Part shown: positions 42,159 to 54,052 of the stretch, one piece after another
How positions within the stretch are numbered: the stretch's first letter is position 1
Layout of the letters: the number at the start of each line of letters is the position of its first letter
Assembly: GCA_038321985.1 (NCBI GenBank)
Contig: JBBQFN010000012.1
Location: 64,001 to 128,000 of the forward strand
DNA from: Cyanophyceae cyanobacterium
Lineage (GTDB): Bacteria; Cyanobacteriota; Cyanobacteriia; Cyanobacteriales; Laspinemataceae
DNA length: 64,000 nt
Direction of reading: 5' to 3'
Program-made: the position numbers and the translations under genes
Notes under the pieces: generated by a model
Database searches by the model: none
Told to the model about the DNA's origin: nothing
The model's input: the letters and a program-made list of their open reading frames with translations, nothing else

Positions 42159-42495
42159 TATCTCTATGCTTTCCTTGAAGGGCAGTTAAATTCGTTTTAA
42201 TTTTACCAAAAAATGTTTCTCATCCAGCTTTTAATAAAAGTAGGGGAAGATTTCCCCAAATCAACTCGACCAGTCTGCTGGATGCAGCCACAGTGGGGGG
42301 CTTTCCCACGCTTTGATTCGGTTTTTAGTGCCAGGGTCCCGGATTGAGAGAGTACCCGGCGATCGCTCGGGCTCCGGAGTGGGTTATTATTGAGAGGATA
42401 CTGATGCAGTTATTCTTCTAAAATTACCGCTTAAAATTACAATATCTACAAACTGACCCTGTTACAATCTTCCTATCTTTTCCCCCTAATTCTCC

Positions 42496-44394
42496 ATGAC
42501 TGACACTGTTCTTGACGTTCGCAATCTGCAAGTCCAATTTTCCACCGAAGGAAGGCCGGTTAAAGCTGTTGATAAAATTTCATTTGCGGTAAAACGAGGC
42601 CAAACCGTTGGCATCGTTGGAGAGTCGGGTTCCGGGAAATCAGTCACTTCCCTCGCGGTGATGGGATTGGTGCCGACTCCCGGACGGATTACAGGGGGCG
42701 AAATTTGGTTTCGCGGAACTCAGGACGAAGAACCCATCGATTTATTGGCCCTGCCTCCCCAAGCGAAACAGCAGTATCGCGGCGGCAAAATTTCGATGAT
42801 TTTTCAGGAACCCATGAGTTCTCTGAACCCGGTTTATAATATCGGATTTCAACTCACTGAAGCGATTTTGCTGCATCACAACGTATCGGAACGGGAGGCG
42901 CGAAGACTGGCGATCGCTGCTTTGCAAGAGGTAAAATTATTACCTAGCGATGCCCAATTGAGCGAACAGGTTCAGTTGCCCGAAACGGCAACCGAACGGG
43001 AAATCATGCAACAGGTGAATCAGCAAAAGGTGGCAATTTTGAAGCGCTATCCCCACGAACTTTCTGGGGGACAAATTCAACGGGTGATGATTGCCATGGC
43101 TATTTCCTGCGACCCCACGTTGCTGATTGCAGATGAACCGACAACGGCGCTAGATGTGACAGTACAGGCGAAAATTCTAGAATTAATGCGGGATTTGCGC
43201 GATCGCCGGGGAATGTCGATGATATTTATTACCCATGATCTCGGGGTAATTGCCGAAATCGCCGATCGCGTCGCGGTGATGTACCAAGGTAAAATTGTCG
43301 AAGAAGGTTCAGTTTTACAAATTTTTTCTAATCCCCAACATCCTTATACAAAAGGTTTATTAGCCTGTCGTCCCCGTCCCGATCGCCGGTTAGTTTATCT
43401 GCCTACGGTGTCGGATTTTATGGAAGTGGTGACCAATGCCAATGGCGATCGCGAAATTCGAGAAAAACCCAGCGAAATTAATCAACTCAAAGATAGTACA
43501 ACGGCTATTACCGAAGTAAGTGATGCAGACCTAAAACAGCGTTTAATCGAGTTACAACAAAAGCCACCCTTGTTAGAAGTTCGCAACCTAGAAGTTGCCT
43601 TCCCCGTGCGCGGAATCTTTGGAGAAACCCAACGTTATCTGATGGCCGTGAATGGGATTTCCTTTGAAGTCTATCCCGGAGAAACCTTGGGATTGGTGGG
43701 AGAGTCGGGATGCGGTAAAACTACCCTGGCGCGGACCTTATTAAGATTAATCGAACCCACTGCCGGGAAAGTCTTATTTGAAGGGCAAGATGTCGGCAAA
43801 ATTGAGGGGAAGGCATTACGTCAAGTGCGACGAGAAATGCAAATTGTTTTCCAAAATCCCTTTAGCTCTCTTAACCCGCGCATGAGTATTGGAAACTTAG
43901 TGATGGAACCGTTGAAAATTCACAAGGTGGGGGATAGTTCCCGCCAGCGACAAGAGCGGGCAGCCTATTTACTAGAGCGAGTTGGGTTAAATGCGGAATT
44001 GATGAATCGCTATCCTCACGAGTTTTCCGGCGGTCAACGACAACGAATTTGTATTGCTCGGGCTTTAGCCTTAAATCCCAAGTTTATTATTTGTGATGAA
44101 TCGGTTTCGGCCTTAGATGTATCGGTACAGGCGCAGGTGCTTAATTTGTTAAAAGAATTACAGGATGAGTTTAAACTCACCTATATTTTTATTTCTCATG
44201 ATTTGAGTGTGGTCAAGTTTATGAGCGATCGCATTCTAGTGATGAATAAAGGCAAAGTTGAAGAAATCGGTGCTGCCGAAAGTATCTACAGCCAACCGCA
44301 ACAAGAATATACGCGATCGCTCATTGCCTCCATTCCCACCGGCACTCTCGATCGCATCCAAGAGCAACAAGCACAGCGTCAGGTATCGGCCTAA
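42496..44394 (+). CDS. Fused double-domain peptide/nickel ABC ATPase
   Basis: Two GESGxGK Walker A motifs and two YPHExSGGQ signatures. Confidence 0.93.
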   Translation: MTDTVLDVRNLQVQFSTEGRPVKAVDKISFAVKRGQTVGIVGESGSGKSVTSLAVMGLVPTPGRITGGEIWFRGTQDEEPIDLLALPPQAKQQYRGGKISMIFQEPMSSLNPVYNIGFQLTEAILLHHNVSEREARRLAIAALQEVKLLPSDAQLSEQVQLPETATEREIMQQVNQQKVAILKRYPHELSGGQIQRVMIAMAISCDPTLLIADEPTTALDVTVQAKILELMRDLRDRRGMSMIFITHDLGVIAEIADRVAVMYQGKIVEEGSVLQIFSNPQHPYTKGLLACRPRPDRRLVYLPTVSDFMEVVTNANGDREIREKPSEINQLKDSTTAITEVSDADLKQRLIELQQKPPLLEVRNLEVAFPVRGIFGETQRYLMAVNGISFEVYPGETLGLVGESGCGKTTLARTLLRLIEPTAGKVLFEGQDVGKIEGKALRQVRREMQIVFQNPFSSLNPRMSIGNLVMEPLKIHKVGDSSRQRQERAAYLLERVGLNAELMNRYPHEFSGGQRQRICIARALALNPKFIICDESVSALDVSVQAQVLNLLKELQDEFKLTYIFISHDLSVVKFMSDRILVMNKGKVEEIGAAESIYSQPQQEYTRSLIASIPTGTLDRIQEQQAQRQVSA

Positions 44395-44512
44395 ATGGAG
44401 GAGATCGGGAGGAGGGGGTGGAGCCTCGTGACTGGGTTGAACTGAGTCACGAGCAAACAGGGGATAACGACAGCAAGTTGTTATTACAAACAAGCGGAAA
44501 CATCCTTTATTC

Positions 44513-45271
44513 TTACTCACGCAAAGCGGTGGTCATGGCAATCCAGGCAAAGTGGGGTAATGCTAACATCCGTCGCCAGCGCCAGGGTTCTTGATAGAGG
44601 CGGTAGGCCCACTCCATCTGCATCTGTTGCAACCAGACAGGAGCCCTGCGTTTCTTTCCAGACCAAATATCGAAACTGCCGCCAACTCCCACCCAAATTG
44701 CGTCGGGACATAGATGGCGATTTTCTCGAATCCAAAACTCTTGTCGGGGAACCCCTAAACCGACTAAAATCAACCGGGGTTGTAGTTGTTGGAGTCGCGC
44801 TTTGAAGGCCGGTTCAGTCTCTGGGGAGAGATATCCATCCTGGATCCCGGCGATCGTCAATCCGGGTAATTCCGCTTGCCATCGATTCGCTGCTATCTTA
44901 GCGATTTCCGGTTTCCCGCCAAAGAAAAAGGTGGGACATTCCTCCCCCAAACTGCTAGCTAGCTGTACTAATGACTCTGCTAGTTCGATGCCAGGACAAC
45001 GCCGGATTTTTCGACCCCGGACGAGAAAGTAAAACACCACCCCCGAACCATCGGGAATCACTAAATCAGCCAGATGAATCACCTCAGCGAGGTCTGGATT
45101 TTCTAGTGATTGCATTGCCATTTCCGCATTCAGAGTCACCACATGGGTTCCCTGGCGTTGATGCAAGCGAGACTGTAACCAGCCTCGATAGTCGGTTGTA
45201 ATGTAAATTGGGAGTCCCAATACGGAAAGTTTTTGCAGCACCTGTGACATAACCCTTTTGTTTTGCACCAT
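44513..45271 (-). CDS. WecB/TagA/CpsF-family glycosyltransferase
   Basis: VVTLNAE, PDG, GLGVPRQE, GVGGSFD, EWAYRL.QEPWR. Confidence 0.93.
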   Translation of the reverse strand: MVQNKRVMSQVLQKLSVLGLPIYITTDYRGWLQSRLHQRQGTHVVTLNAEMAMQSLENPDLAEVIHLADLVIPDGSGVVFYFLVRGRKIRRCPGIELAESLVQLASSLGEECPTFFFGGKPEIAKIAANRWQAELPGLTIAGIQDGYLSPETEPAFKARLQQLQPRLILVGLGVPRQEFWIRENRHLCPDAIWVGVGGSFDIWSGKKRRAPVWLQQMQMEWAYRLYQEPWRWRRMLALPHFAWIAMTTALRE

Positions 45272-45767
45272 TACGTCATCTTCATATTATCTAAGAGGAT
45301 TGCCTCAATGATTTGGAAATAATCTTCAGTGCCGATTCACCCGGATCCGGTAGGGTCCTTCATCCCTCCTCCTTCCCTTTGATCGAGTCGTCGGTCTATG
45401 ATCCTTGGACAATTGGGTTTCGCCATTGACCCCGCCCTTAAAATTAACGATTTTTACCAAGGGGGGTGGATTGTAACCGGTGTCAGACAGTAGGGTTCTA
45501 CCCTCTGTTTCTATAACTGGATTCCCTACTTCCGGAATTCTAACCCTGGGCACTATTCTTGACGGAATTTGATTTTAATTATATTTTAATCTTATTATGA
45601 TGAACGGAAATTCCATTAAAGTTACTGATAAAATGTCCTCTGGTTTTATTAAAGATGGGAATAAAACAGCCAGGATATTCTCGGCCTGGGGTAAAAGTCC
45701 CTCATGCTAACCGGGGTCAACCACCCAGTGAGTCAAATCTTACCATTTCTTTAACTGAAAAAGCCCC

Positions 45768-48700
45768 ATGACCCTAACCTCAATCGAACGTCAAACCCGC
45801 TTAGAGTATTACTATCACCAAATCCAGTCCCTGATTCTCGCTCGTCAGAATCCGATTACAGGGCTGTTACCCGCTTCTACCGCTATCAATGCCCATGGCG
45901 ATTATACCGATGCCTGGGTGCGAGACAACGTTTATAGCATTCTCGCCGTCTGGGGATTGGCTCTAGGCTACCGCAAAATGGACGACTCCGAAGGACGGGT
46001 CTATGAGTTAGAACATAGTGTGATTAAGTTGATGCGCGGATTGCTATTTTGTATGATGAGGCAAGCCGATAAGGTAGAACGATTTAAAGAAACGCAATCT
46101 CTGCTAGATTGTCTGCACGCCAAATTCGACACCCATACCGGAGATACGGTAGTTGGCGATCATGAATGGGGACATCTACAAATCGATGCAACTTCGATAT
46201 TTTTGTTGATGTTAGCCCAAATGTCGGTTTCAGGTTTATCCATTATTTATACAATCGATGAAGTTAATTTTATTCAAAATTTAGTTTATTATATCGGACG
46301 TGCTTATCGTACTCCCGATTACGGAATATGGGAACGGGGGAATAAAATTAATAAGGGTAATCCGGAGTTAAATGCCTCTTCGATTGGGATGGCACTGGCG
46401 GCGTTAGAAGCGATTAATGGAGTGAATCTGTTTGGGGTGAAAGGGTCGCAAAGTTCGGTAATTCACGTGCTCGCCGATGAAATTGCCCGCGCAAGGCAGA
46501 CCCTGGAATCGATTCTTCCTCGGGAATCCAGTTCTAAGGAAGTAGATGCGGCTTTATTGAGCATCATTACTTTCCCTGCCTTTGCGATCGAAGATGTCCA
46601 GTTATGCGATCGCACTAAAGGGAAAGTCATCAACAAATTGCAGGGTAAATACGGGTGCAAGCGGTTTTTACGGGATGGACATCAAACGGTTTTGGAAGAC
46701 CCCGGGCGCTTGCATTACGAACCCTGGGAACTGAAAAAGTTTGAAAATATCGAATGTGAGTGGCCGTTATTTTTTACTTACTTGTTCTTAGACGGGCTGT
46801 TTCGGGGCGATCGCGCCCAAATCCAAGACTATAAAGAACGCCTAGACTCCCTAGTGGTCGAGTCCTCCGGATCAAAACTGCTCCCTGAATTGTATTACGT
46901 TCCCGGGGAGAAAGTCGAAGCAGAACGCGCCAATCCCCAGACCCAACCGCGCCTCCCCAATGAAAACCTGCCTCTAGTCTGGGCGCAAAGCTTATATTTC
47001 CTGGGCCTGATGCTGGATGAAGGCTTGTTAGACAAAGGGGAGATCGACCCATTAGGACGTCACCGCACCCTGGCAGCACGCCGTAAACCCGTCGTCCAAA
47101 TTGCCCTCCTTGCCGAAGATGAAGACCTGCAAACCCAACTGGCCTATCAAGGCATCGCCACTCAAACCCCGGCAGAAGTAGAACCGATTCAAGTCAGACA
47201 AGCCCGAGACTTATCTAACGTATATCGACAAATTGGGCGTAATGATAAATTTGGGCTAACGGGACGACCTTTGCGACGCTTGCGAAGTCTCACAACTTCT
47301 AATATTTTTCGGATTCGCGGAGAAACCATCGTCTTTCTGCCTTCATTTCTAAACCAGCAGGAATTTTATCTCACATTAGATTATCATTTCTTGGTATCCC
47401 AGCTAAAGAGCGAACTGGCCTATATCCATCGTCATTGGTGGCGCTATCCTCAAATTGGGGGTCATGGGGTTGGACGTCCGACGGTGACCTTGCTGCTGAC
47501 TCATGCCATGGTAGAAACCGACGGGAGTCGCGATGGGTTCCTGCCTGCATTGCTGGAACTGATGAAGGAACTGCGCGATGGGAACTGTGAAGGTACCCCG
47601 GTGAAATTGGGGCGGCTGAATCAATTGATGCTCACCAGTAGTATCGAACGGATCGATTTTCTCCATGAATTCGAGTTTAGTGAGAATCCGGTAAAAAATG
47701 CTGCGCCTGTCTGTTATTTTTTGGCTGACGATGCCGAGAAAAATTGGCCCCTGAGTCATACCCAAGAATTCATGCTAGAGTGTGAAACTGAGCCCGGATT
47801 ATTGATTGACAGCTTGAGATCCTCCTGTAATCTTTACGAACAAATCGAACTGTTACATACCCTGAGTCGCTTGCGGGGCTTAGAGTTTGAGACTGGACTC
47901 GGGGGACCGGGACGCGCGGTAACGGTGGCAGATTTGCTGAATGAAGTCTATTTTAAGGCCGGAACAGGTAAGGCGATCGGAGATTGTGCGATCGCAGGTA
48001 GTATCCCGGCGAATAGTGAGATATCGGAAACCGAGGCAGTCGCTTCGGTTATCAGCGCGACCGAAAAGCAGATTCATTGGTCCGTCGTGCGTCGTGCGGC
48101 AGGGTTACTGAGTAAAGTAGATATCGGCTTATCTGATGCAGTGACGGATATCCTGGTTCGGCAAAAGCAGATTACTGTAGGGAAAGCGTATAGTGAGGCT
48201 TCCCTAATTTCTCGCCCGATGTCCTATATGGAAATTGTGGATAAAATCCGCCTGTTTTGCGGGGAGGACATTCGCGATCGCGTCTTGACCCAAGAAATTT
48301 TACTCTATATGGGCCTATTAATCAAGTCCGAACCCCACTTATTTGATGGATTGCTCACCTTGCGCGTGAGTTATTTAATCTTGCTGATTACCAGTGAATT
48401 AGCGAAAGAATTAAAGCTCACCCAAGATGAAGCGTATGAGCGGGTGATGGAATTAAGCCCGTTTGAAATTAATACGCGATTAAAAGAAGTATTGAAAGGG
48501 TATGCTGGGATGAATAAACTTCTGAAAAAGCAAGAATCCCTGCACGTTCAACAACAGGAACAAGAGATTGAGTGGGTAGTGCTTCCTTCCCCTAATGAAA
48601 CCGAAGAAATTTCGGGAAATTGGCACCGTCGGCGACAGCTAGACGGTGCCGCAGGACGAGTCCCCAAAGAATTTTATCCTCGGGTGTGGCAAGTGATGCA

Positions 48701-49127
48701 ACATTGTAAGGGGTTAGTAATTGGGGATAAATTGGAGCGCCGTAACCGCTTAGATAGCGACTTAATTTTAGCAGAAATGACGCCAGGGGAGAAAAATTTT
48801 GCCCTGCGGGTGGAGCATTTGCTCAATAAAATTCAAGCCCCAGAATACCGGCAAGTGAATATTGAAACTTTAATGGAACTGGCTGCTATTTGCGATCGTA
48901 ACCCAGATTTGCAGATTCAGGAATATATCGTTCTGGATGTATTGATTGGTCATGCCGTGCGATTAGCCTGGATTGAGGGTCATCCGGAACGAAGCGACTG
49001 CTACGATGAAGATAAAGCATTAGCATGGCCGTCATTTTACAATACCTCTCCTTACGTTTGCGCCAGTTTTGTAGTGAAGGCATTCCGCTACTTAACCCAA
49101 TTTGGCAAGGCGATCGCAGTCGGGTAA
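45768..49127 (+). CDS. Glycoside hydrolase family 15 / phosphorylase kinase alpha-beta-like protein
   Basis: AWVRDNVY, WGHLQIDA, DYGIWERG, GCKRFLRDG, ECEWPLF. Confidence 0.92.
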   Translation: MTLTSIERQTRLEYYYHQIQSLILARQNPITGLLPASTAINAHGDYTDAWVRDNVYSILAVWGLALGYRKMDDSEGRVYELEHSVIKLMRGLLFCMMRQADKVERFKETQSLLDCLHAKFDTHTGDTVVGDHEWGHLQIDATSIFLLMLAQMSVSGLSIIYTIDEVNFIQNLVYYIGRAYRTPDYGIWERGNKINKGNPELNASSIGMALAALEAINGVNLFGVKGSQSSVIHVLADEIARARQTLESILPRESSSKEVDAALLSIITFPAFAIEDVQLCDRTKGKVINKLQGKYGCKRFLRDGHQTVLEDPGRLHYEPWELKKFENIECEWPLFFTYLFLDGLFRGDRAQIQDYKERLDSLVVESSGSKLLPELYYVPGEKVEAERANPQTQPRLPNENLPLVWAQSLYFLGLMLDEGLLDKGEIDPLGRHRTLAARRKPVVQIALLAEDEDLQTQLAYQGIATQTPAEVEPIQVRQARDLSNVYRQIGRNDKFGLTGRPLRRLRSLTTSNIFRIRGETIVFLPSFLNQQEFYLTLDYHFLVSQLKSELAYIHRHWWRYPQIGGHGVGRPTVTLLLTHAMVETDGSRDGFLPALLELMKELRDGNCEGTPVKLGRLNQLMLTSSIERIDFLHEFEFSENPVKNAAPVCYFLADDAEKNWPLSHTQEFMLECETEPGLLIDSLRSSCNLYEQIELLHTLSRLRGLEFETGLGGPGRAVTVADLLNEVYFKAGTGKAIGDCAIAGSIPANSEISETEAVASVISATEKQIHWSVVRRAAGLLSKVDIGLSDAVTDILVRQKQITVGKAYSEASLISRPMSYMEIVDKIRLFCGEDIRDRVLTQEILLYMGLLIKSEPHLFDGLLTLRVSYLILLITSELAKELKLTQDEAYERVMELSPFEINTRLKEVLKGYAGMNKLLKKQESLHVQQQEQEIEWVVLPSPNETEEISGNWHRRRQLDGAAGRVPKEFYPRVWQVMQHCKGLVIGDKLERRNRLDSDLILAEMTPGEKNFALRVEHLLNKIQAPEYRQVNIETLMELAAICDRNPDLQIQEYIVLDVLIGHAVRLAWIEGHPERSDCYDEDKALAWPSFYNTSPYVCASFVVKAFRYLTQFGKAIAVG

Positions 49128-49202
49128 TTCCACAGTTCCTTATCCTAGGGTGGGCCAATACCCACCCTAAAATCTCGTCATTTTAAAACCTGGTATCCTG
49201 GT

Positions 49203-49670
49203 TTATTCCAACGGTTCTAAAGTCACCGGGTCTTCGGGAATCGGCACAATAAATCGATTATTTGCACGAACAAAACAGTTTCCATCCTCAAAATAGACCG
49301 GAATCCACGGTTTACCCCGCTTATCCAGTAACACAATTTGATTGGCAACATTGCCCGTCACCGCCTCTAATGGCTCGCCCGTTTCAAAAACAGCCACAAC
49401 CGACCACTCAGAGATTTCATGGCGGTTATTGGCACGTAAAGAGTCCGGCACATCCGTACTATCGAGAGCAATTCCCTGAAATTGGCGAGCCATGCGACAA
49501 TTTAACCCATTAAGATCGCGATCGCTTACCTCCCAGTTAAACTGACGATTCCCGCGCCGTCCTGGAAACAGATAATCTCCATCCGCATTCGTAGCAGGAA
49601 CCGCCCAACTCGGAGTGCAAATCAGAGCCAAACTAGCCACAGTAAGAGATAAACGCTTTATCAGTTTCAT
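49203..49670 (-). CDS. Secreted hypothetical protein
   Basis: Signal peptide from MKLIKR; GLNCR..CFVRAN cysteine pair. Confidence 0.7.
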   Translation of the reverse strand: MKLIKRLSLTVASLALICTPSWAVPATNADGDYLFPGRRGNRQFNWEVSDRDLNGLNCRMARQFQGIALDSTDVPDSLRANNRHEISEWSVVAVFETGEPLEAVTGNVANQIVLLDKRGKPWIPVYFEDGNCFVRANNRFIVPIPEDPVTLEPLE

Positions 49671-49956
49671 TGGGGTATAACCTAAAACCGCTAACTTCAG
49701 TTCTAGCATTTTTGTAAACACCTGGCAATAGTCATCAAGTGGCTTGTCTATCCCAATTAATCTAGCTATTAATCCGGATTACCTTTGGCTTTTTTACTTC
49801 TGTAAAATTCGGGTATTTTGATAGCGTTAGAGTTGGGTTTTAAAACGGGGTAGGGGTTGATTCGGGTAGACTGATAATCCAGTTTAGAAATCGGCATAAC
49901 TTATTGTTGTTTATGGCGATCGCCTGGTTATGGATTAAGCGCAAGACAAAATAACC

Positions 49957-51156
49957 TTACCGCATCGGGGGTATCCTCAACCCTTGTAAGCCTTTCCCCT
50001 TCTGGTCCTCACTTAATCCTTTTCCCTGTACCAACACACCAAAACCCCCTAATCCTCTAGGGTCGATCGCTTCATGTAAAACTTGCCGGCGGTTAATCAT
50101 CGTTCCCAAATCCATGCCGGGGGTGGTGGAGAGTGCCGCAATGCGATCGCCTAACCCCAATGCCATTAAAAACATGGCCTGCTGGGTAAACCCCAATTTC
50201 TCCAATCCGTAAAACTCCCCTTGTCGTTCCAATGCCGTAAAATCAACATGAGCCGTTATATCCTGTTCCCCCACTAAAATATAAGGATTATTATGATAGC
50301 GGTGTTGATAATAGCATTGTAATGTTCCTTGCGATCGCGTTTGTGTATAATAGCGGTGCGCCGGATATCCATAATCAATGGTTAGCACATATCCTCGTTT
50401 GAGTCCGTGAGTTACCTGTCTCACCCAATCTAATGCTGCCAGATTGACTTCCGTGCGATATCCATCGGGATAAGGTTTGCCGGTGATGTCAATGTCAATG
50501 AGTTGAAAATATTCGGTAATTTTAGGAGTGGAGAGTTCCCCGATGACTTCTTGAAAGGGAGATGCTTCGGGAGACTCGGGGATTTTGTCCGAGGTGGTGA
50601 TATAAATTTCTTGGAGTTTTCCCCTCTCTACCTGAATTTGATGCACCGGGAAGGCATCAATTAACTCATTAGAAAAGAAACATCCGGTGATTGAATCCCC
50701 CTCAATTTCCTCCCAAGTCACCCAGCGCAAATTTGCCCCCCCGCTGGACAATTTGGAGAATTGCTGTTGTTGTAACTGGCGCATTGCCGGGGATTGTTCG
50801 ATGATTAGATATTCCGTGGCGGCGAAACAATCTCGATTGTGACGATAAAGATATTTGATGACATCGGCAGCGATTAATCCTTGTCCCGCACCCATTTCTA
50901 CGAGGTGAAATGGGGTGGGATGTCCGAGAATTTCCCAGATTTCAATGAGCTGCACCGCCAGCATTTCCCCAAAATCTGCGCCTAGGTGGGGAGAGGTCAT
51001 AAAGTCTCCTTGCGCGCCAATTTTTCCGATGTTGGCGGCATAATATCCATGTTGGGGGTGGTAGAGGGCTAATTCCATATAGTCGGCAAAAGTGATTTGC
51101 CGCTGTGGATTTTGTTTAATTTTTTCTTGGATGATTTGAGTTAATAAATTGGACAT
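49957..51156 (-). CDS. MidA/NDUFAF7-family SAM-dependent methyltransferase
   Basis: YMELALY.P..GYY, GDFMTSP, VEMGAGQG, SNELIDAFP, IDYG, QDITAHVDF. Confidence 0.9.
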   Translation of the reverse strand: MSNLLTQIIQEKIKQNPQRQITFADYMELALYHPQHGYYAANIGKIGAQGDFMTSPHLGADFGEMLAVQLIEIWEILGHPTPFHLVEMGAGQGLIAADVIKYLYRHNRDCFAATEYLIIEQSPAMRQLQQQQFSKLSSGGANLRWVTWEEIEGDSITGCFFSNELIDAFPVHQIQVERGKLQEIYITTSDKIPESPEASPFQEVIGELSTPKITEYFQLIDIDITGKPYPDGYRTEVNLAALDWVRQVTHGLKRGYVLTIDYGYPAHRYYTQTRSQGTLQCYYQHRYHNNPYILVGEQDITAHVDFTALERQGEFYGLEKLGFTQQAMFLMALGLGDRIAALSTTPGMDLGTMINRRQVLHEAIDPRGLGGFGVLVQGKGLSEDQKGKGLQGLRIPPMR

Positions 51157-51366
51157 ATTGAGTTAGTATTTAAGAGTCATAAAGAAAGCGAGCAAGATGC
51201 TCGCCCTACCAATATTTTAATCTTTAGCTCGATTATCAAATGCGTTTAGGGTCCCTATAGCGAATTGATTTATATCCATCTACGGATGAGTTAGATTTAT
51301 CCGACTTTAGATACGAGGCGGGGTTTTAAACCCCGCCGGTTATCGCCCCTACAGGTGGGGGTTTAA

Positions 51367-52560
51367 TTATCGGTCAACGGAACCCATAATCACATCGATA
51401 CTGCCGAGAATTGCCACAATATCAGCGACTTTGTTACCGCGTAGAATAGAAGATAAGACTTGCAAATTATTGAAGTCAGCAGCGCGGATTTTCCAACGCC
51501 AGGGGAAGACATTATCATTACCAATTAGATAAATTCCCAGTTCTCCTTTGCCACTTTCCACGCGGAAATAATGCTCTCCGGCGGGAATTTTAAAGGTGGG
51601 GGCAATCTTTTTGGCGATGAATTGATAGTCAAATCCGTTCCAATCGGATTTGGGTCCTTCCATCATCCGCTTGGCTTCTAGGTTCTCGTAAGGTCCACCA
51701 GGAAGACCCTTCAAGGCTTGGCGGAGGATTTTCACCGATTCGCGCATTTCGGCCATGCGGACGGTATATCGGGCTAAACAATCTCCTTCGGTTGCCCAGC
51801 AGACGTCCCAATCAAAATCGTCGTAGCATTCGTAATGGTCAACTTTTCTCAAGTCCCACTTGACGCCGGATGCTCTCAAGACGGGACCGGAAAGCCCCCA
51901 ATTGATGGCTTCTTCCCGAGAGATGACGCCGAGGTTTTGAATCCGACGGCGGAAAATGGGGTTGTTGGTGATTAAGCGTTCGTATTCGTCAATGACGGGA
52001 TCGAAGTAGTCGCAAAAGTCTTCGCATTTATCCACCCAACCGTAGGGGATGTCAGCGGCAACGCCACCGATGCGGAAGTAGTTATTATTGACCATGCGTT
52101 GCCCGGTGGCGGCTTCCCAGAGGTCATAAATCATTTCCCGATCGCGGAAAATGTAGAAGAATGGACTCAGTGCTCCGACATCGGCGAGGAAGGGTCCCAA
52201 CCAGAGTAGGTGGTTAGCCAGACGGTTCAGTTCCAGCATGATCACCCGTAGGTAGCTGGCACGTCGCGGTACTTCGATATCCGCGAGTTTCTCCGGTGCG
52301 TTGACGGTAACCGCTTCGTTGAACATTCCCTCGGCGTAGTCCCAGCGACTGACGTAGGGAACGAACATGATGTTGGTGCGGTTTTCGGCAATTTTCTCCA
52401 TGCCTCTATGCAGGTAGCCCAAGACTGGCTCGCAATCGACGACATCCTCACCATCAAGGGTGACGATTAGGCGTAAGACCCCGTGCATGGAGGGATGGTG
52501 CGGTCCCATGCTGAGAATCATGGGATCGGTTCTGGTTTCTATCCGGGTTGGTGGTGCCAT
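51367..52560 (-). CDS. ndhH: NAD(P)H-quinone oxidoreductase subunit H
   Basis: [32 protein letters not shown]. Confidence 0.98.
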   Translation of the reverse strand: MAPPTRIETRTDPMILSMGPHHPSMHGVLRLIVTLDGEDVVDCEPVLGYLHRGMEKIAENRTNIMFVPYVSRWDYAEGMFNEAVTVNAPEKLADIEVPRRASYLRVIMLELNRLANHLLWLGPFLADVGALSPFFYIFRDREMIYDLWEAATGQRMVNNNYFRIGGVAADIPYGWVDKCEDFCDYFDPVIDEYERLITNNPIFRRRIQNLGVISREEAINWGLSGPVLRASGVKWDLRKVDHYECYDDFDWDVCWATEGDCLARYTVRMAEMRESVKILRQALKGLPGGPYENLEAKRMMEGPKSDWNGFDYQFIAKKIAPTFKIPAGEHYFRVESGKGELGIYLIGNDNVFPWRWKIRAADFNNLQVLSSILRGNKVADIVAILGSIDVIMGSVDR

Positions 52561-52752
52561 AAATGTGGGTGCTCCTGTTGAGACAGATTTGGGCGGCTGT
52601 ACCGGCGTCAGATAGGGGATTTTCTACAATCTAAAATCGGGACGGGGTACGGCAGTTCTGTTACCAATTGTTTCTTTTTGTTTCATTGCTTTCATCATTA
52701 TAGGGAGATTGGGTCCGTGGTAAATCAGGGAGTGAGTGTAAATTCGGAGGCA

Positions 52753-53625
52753 ATGGCGGGGTTTGTCCATTTGTCAGTTTTGAGTCAGGAAGTGGTGGAG
52801 GGGTTGGCAATCCGTCCTGGGGGGCGTTATTTGGATGCGACGGTGGGTGGGGGGGGTCATTCGCGGTTGATTTTGGAGGCGGCCCCCGGGGTGCAATTGG
52901 TGGCGATCGACCGCGATCGCTTGGCCCTGGAAGCAGCAGGGAGTCGATTGGCGGAGTATGGGGAGGCGGTGACATTTTGGCAGGGAAATTTTGCAGAATA
53001 TCAGCCCCAAGAGATGCGGTTTGATGGGATTGTGGCGGATTTGGGGGTGAGTTCGGCGCAGTTAGACTGCGCGGAACGGGGGTTTAGTTTTCGGTATGAG
53101 GCTCCTTTGGATATGAGAATGGATGAACGTCAGGAGTTGAGCGCGGCGGAGATTGTGAATCATTGGGATGAGGTGGAGTTGGCAGATATTTTTTATCGCT
53201 ATGGGGAGGAACGGTTTTCTCGTCGGATTGCGCGGCGAATTGTGGAACGGCGTCCGTTGACAACTACGACTCAGTTAGCGTCAGCAGTTGCTTCTTCGAT
53301 GCCGGGGAAGTCCCGAAATGGCAAAATTCATCCGGCAACCCGGGTGTTTCAAGCGTTGCGGATTGCGGTGAATGGGGAACTCGCTGCACTGGAAACGTTT
53401 TTAGAAAAAGCTCCCCAGTGGTTGCATCCGGGCGGACGGCTCGGTATTATTAGCTTTCATAGCCTAGAAGATCGACTGGTCAAGCATCGGATGCGGGCTT
53501 CACCGCTGCTCAAGGTGCTCACAAAAAAGCCGATCACGCCAGGGGAAGCAGAAACTGCCCACAATTCGCGATCGCGCTCTGCTAAGTTGAGATTATTCGA
53601 GCGCATTGAGCCGGATCTAACCTAG
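52753..53625 (+). CDS. rsmH: 16S rRNA m4C1402 methyltransferase
   Basis: [41 protein letters not shown]; start at MAGFVH preferred. Confidence 0.95.
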   Translation: MAGFVHLSVLSQEVVEGLAIRPGGRYLDATVGGGGHSRLILEAAPGVQLVAIDRDRLALEAAGSRLAEYGEAVTFWQGNFAEYQPQEMRFDGIVADLGVSSAQLDCAERGFSFRYEAPLDMRMDERQELSAAEIVNHWDEVELADIFYRYGEERFSRRIARRIVERRPLTTTTQLASAVASSMPGKSRNGKIHPATRVFQALRIAVNGELAALETFLEKAPQWLHPGGRLGIISFHSLEDRLVKHRMRASPLLKVLTKKPITPGEAETAHNSRSRSAKLRLFERIEPDLT

Positions 53626-54052
53626 GAGTAAGGCAGGGCCGGGATGGGAACCCCTGATGAGTGCTGCTTTGGGTGGAAATCCTCGGCGATCGCCACCCCA
53701 TGATTAGGAATAGCGCCCTGACGAAGGGCCTGATTTTCCGGGACCCAAGAGGGCTACACTCACCTACGGGCCTCACCCCAACCGACAGAGTTCTTAAACA
53801 AATAGACTGAACTCAATTGCACACTGCTAACAAGCCAGCTCTCTATGTTAAGCTCATTTGAGCGGAAGAAAGCCCGTTAGTGCCTGCCGATCGCCGGGTA
53901 CTTTTGTAGAAAAAGGAATGCCCACCCAAAGCGTGATTTGCCAGTGGTGTTCTCAAACCGTTGGGCACCTGTATAGAGAGCGGCCCGTCGAAAACAGCCG
54001 GACAAGGGCGCAAGTCACACTGAATCCATATAGCCTGTAAGTGGGGTATCGC

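Noticed and set aside
45326..45553. 75-aa ORF between the WecB-family and GH15 genes
   Set aside because: No motif or RBS support; likely promoter DNA
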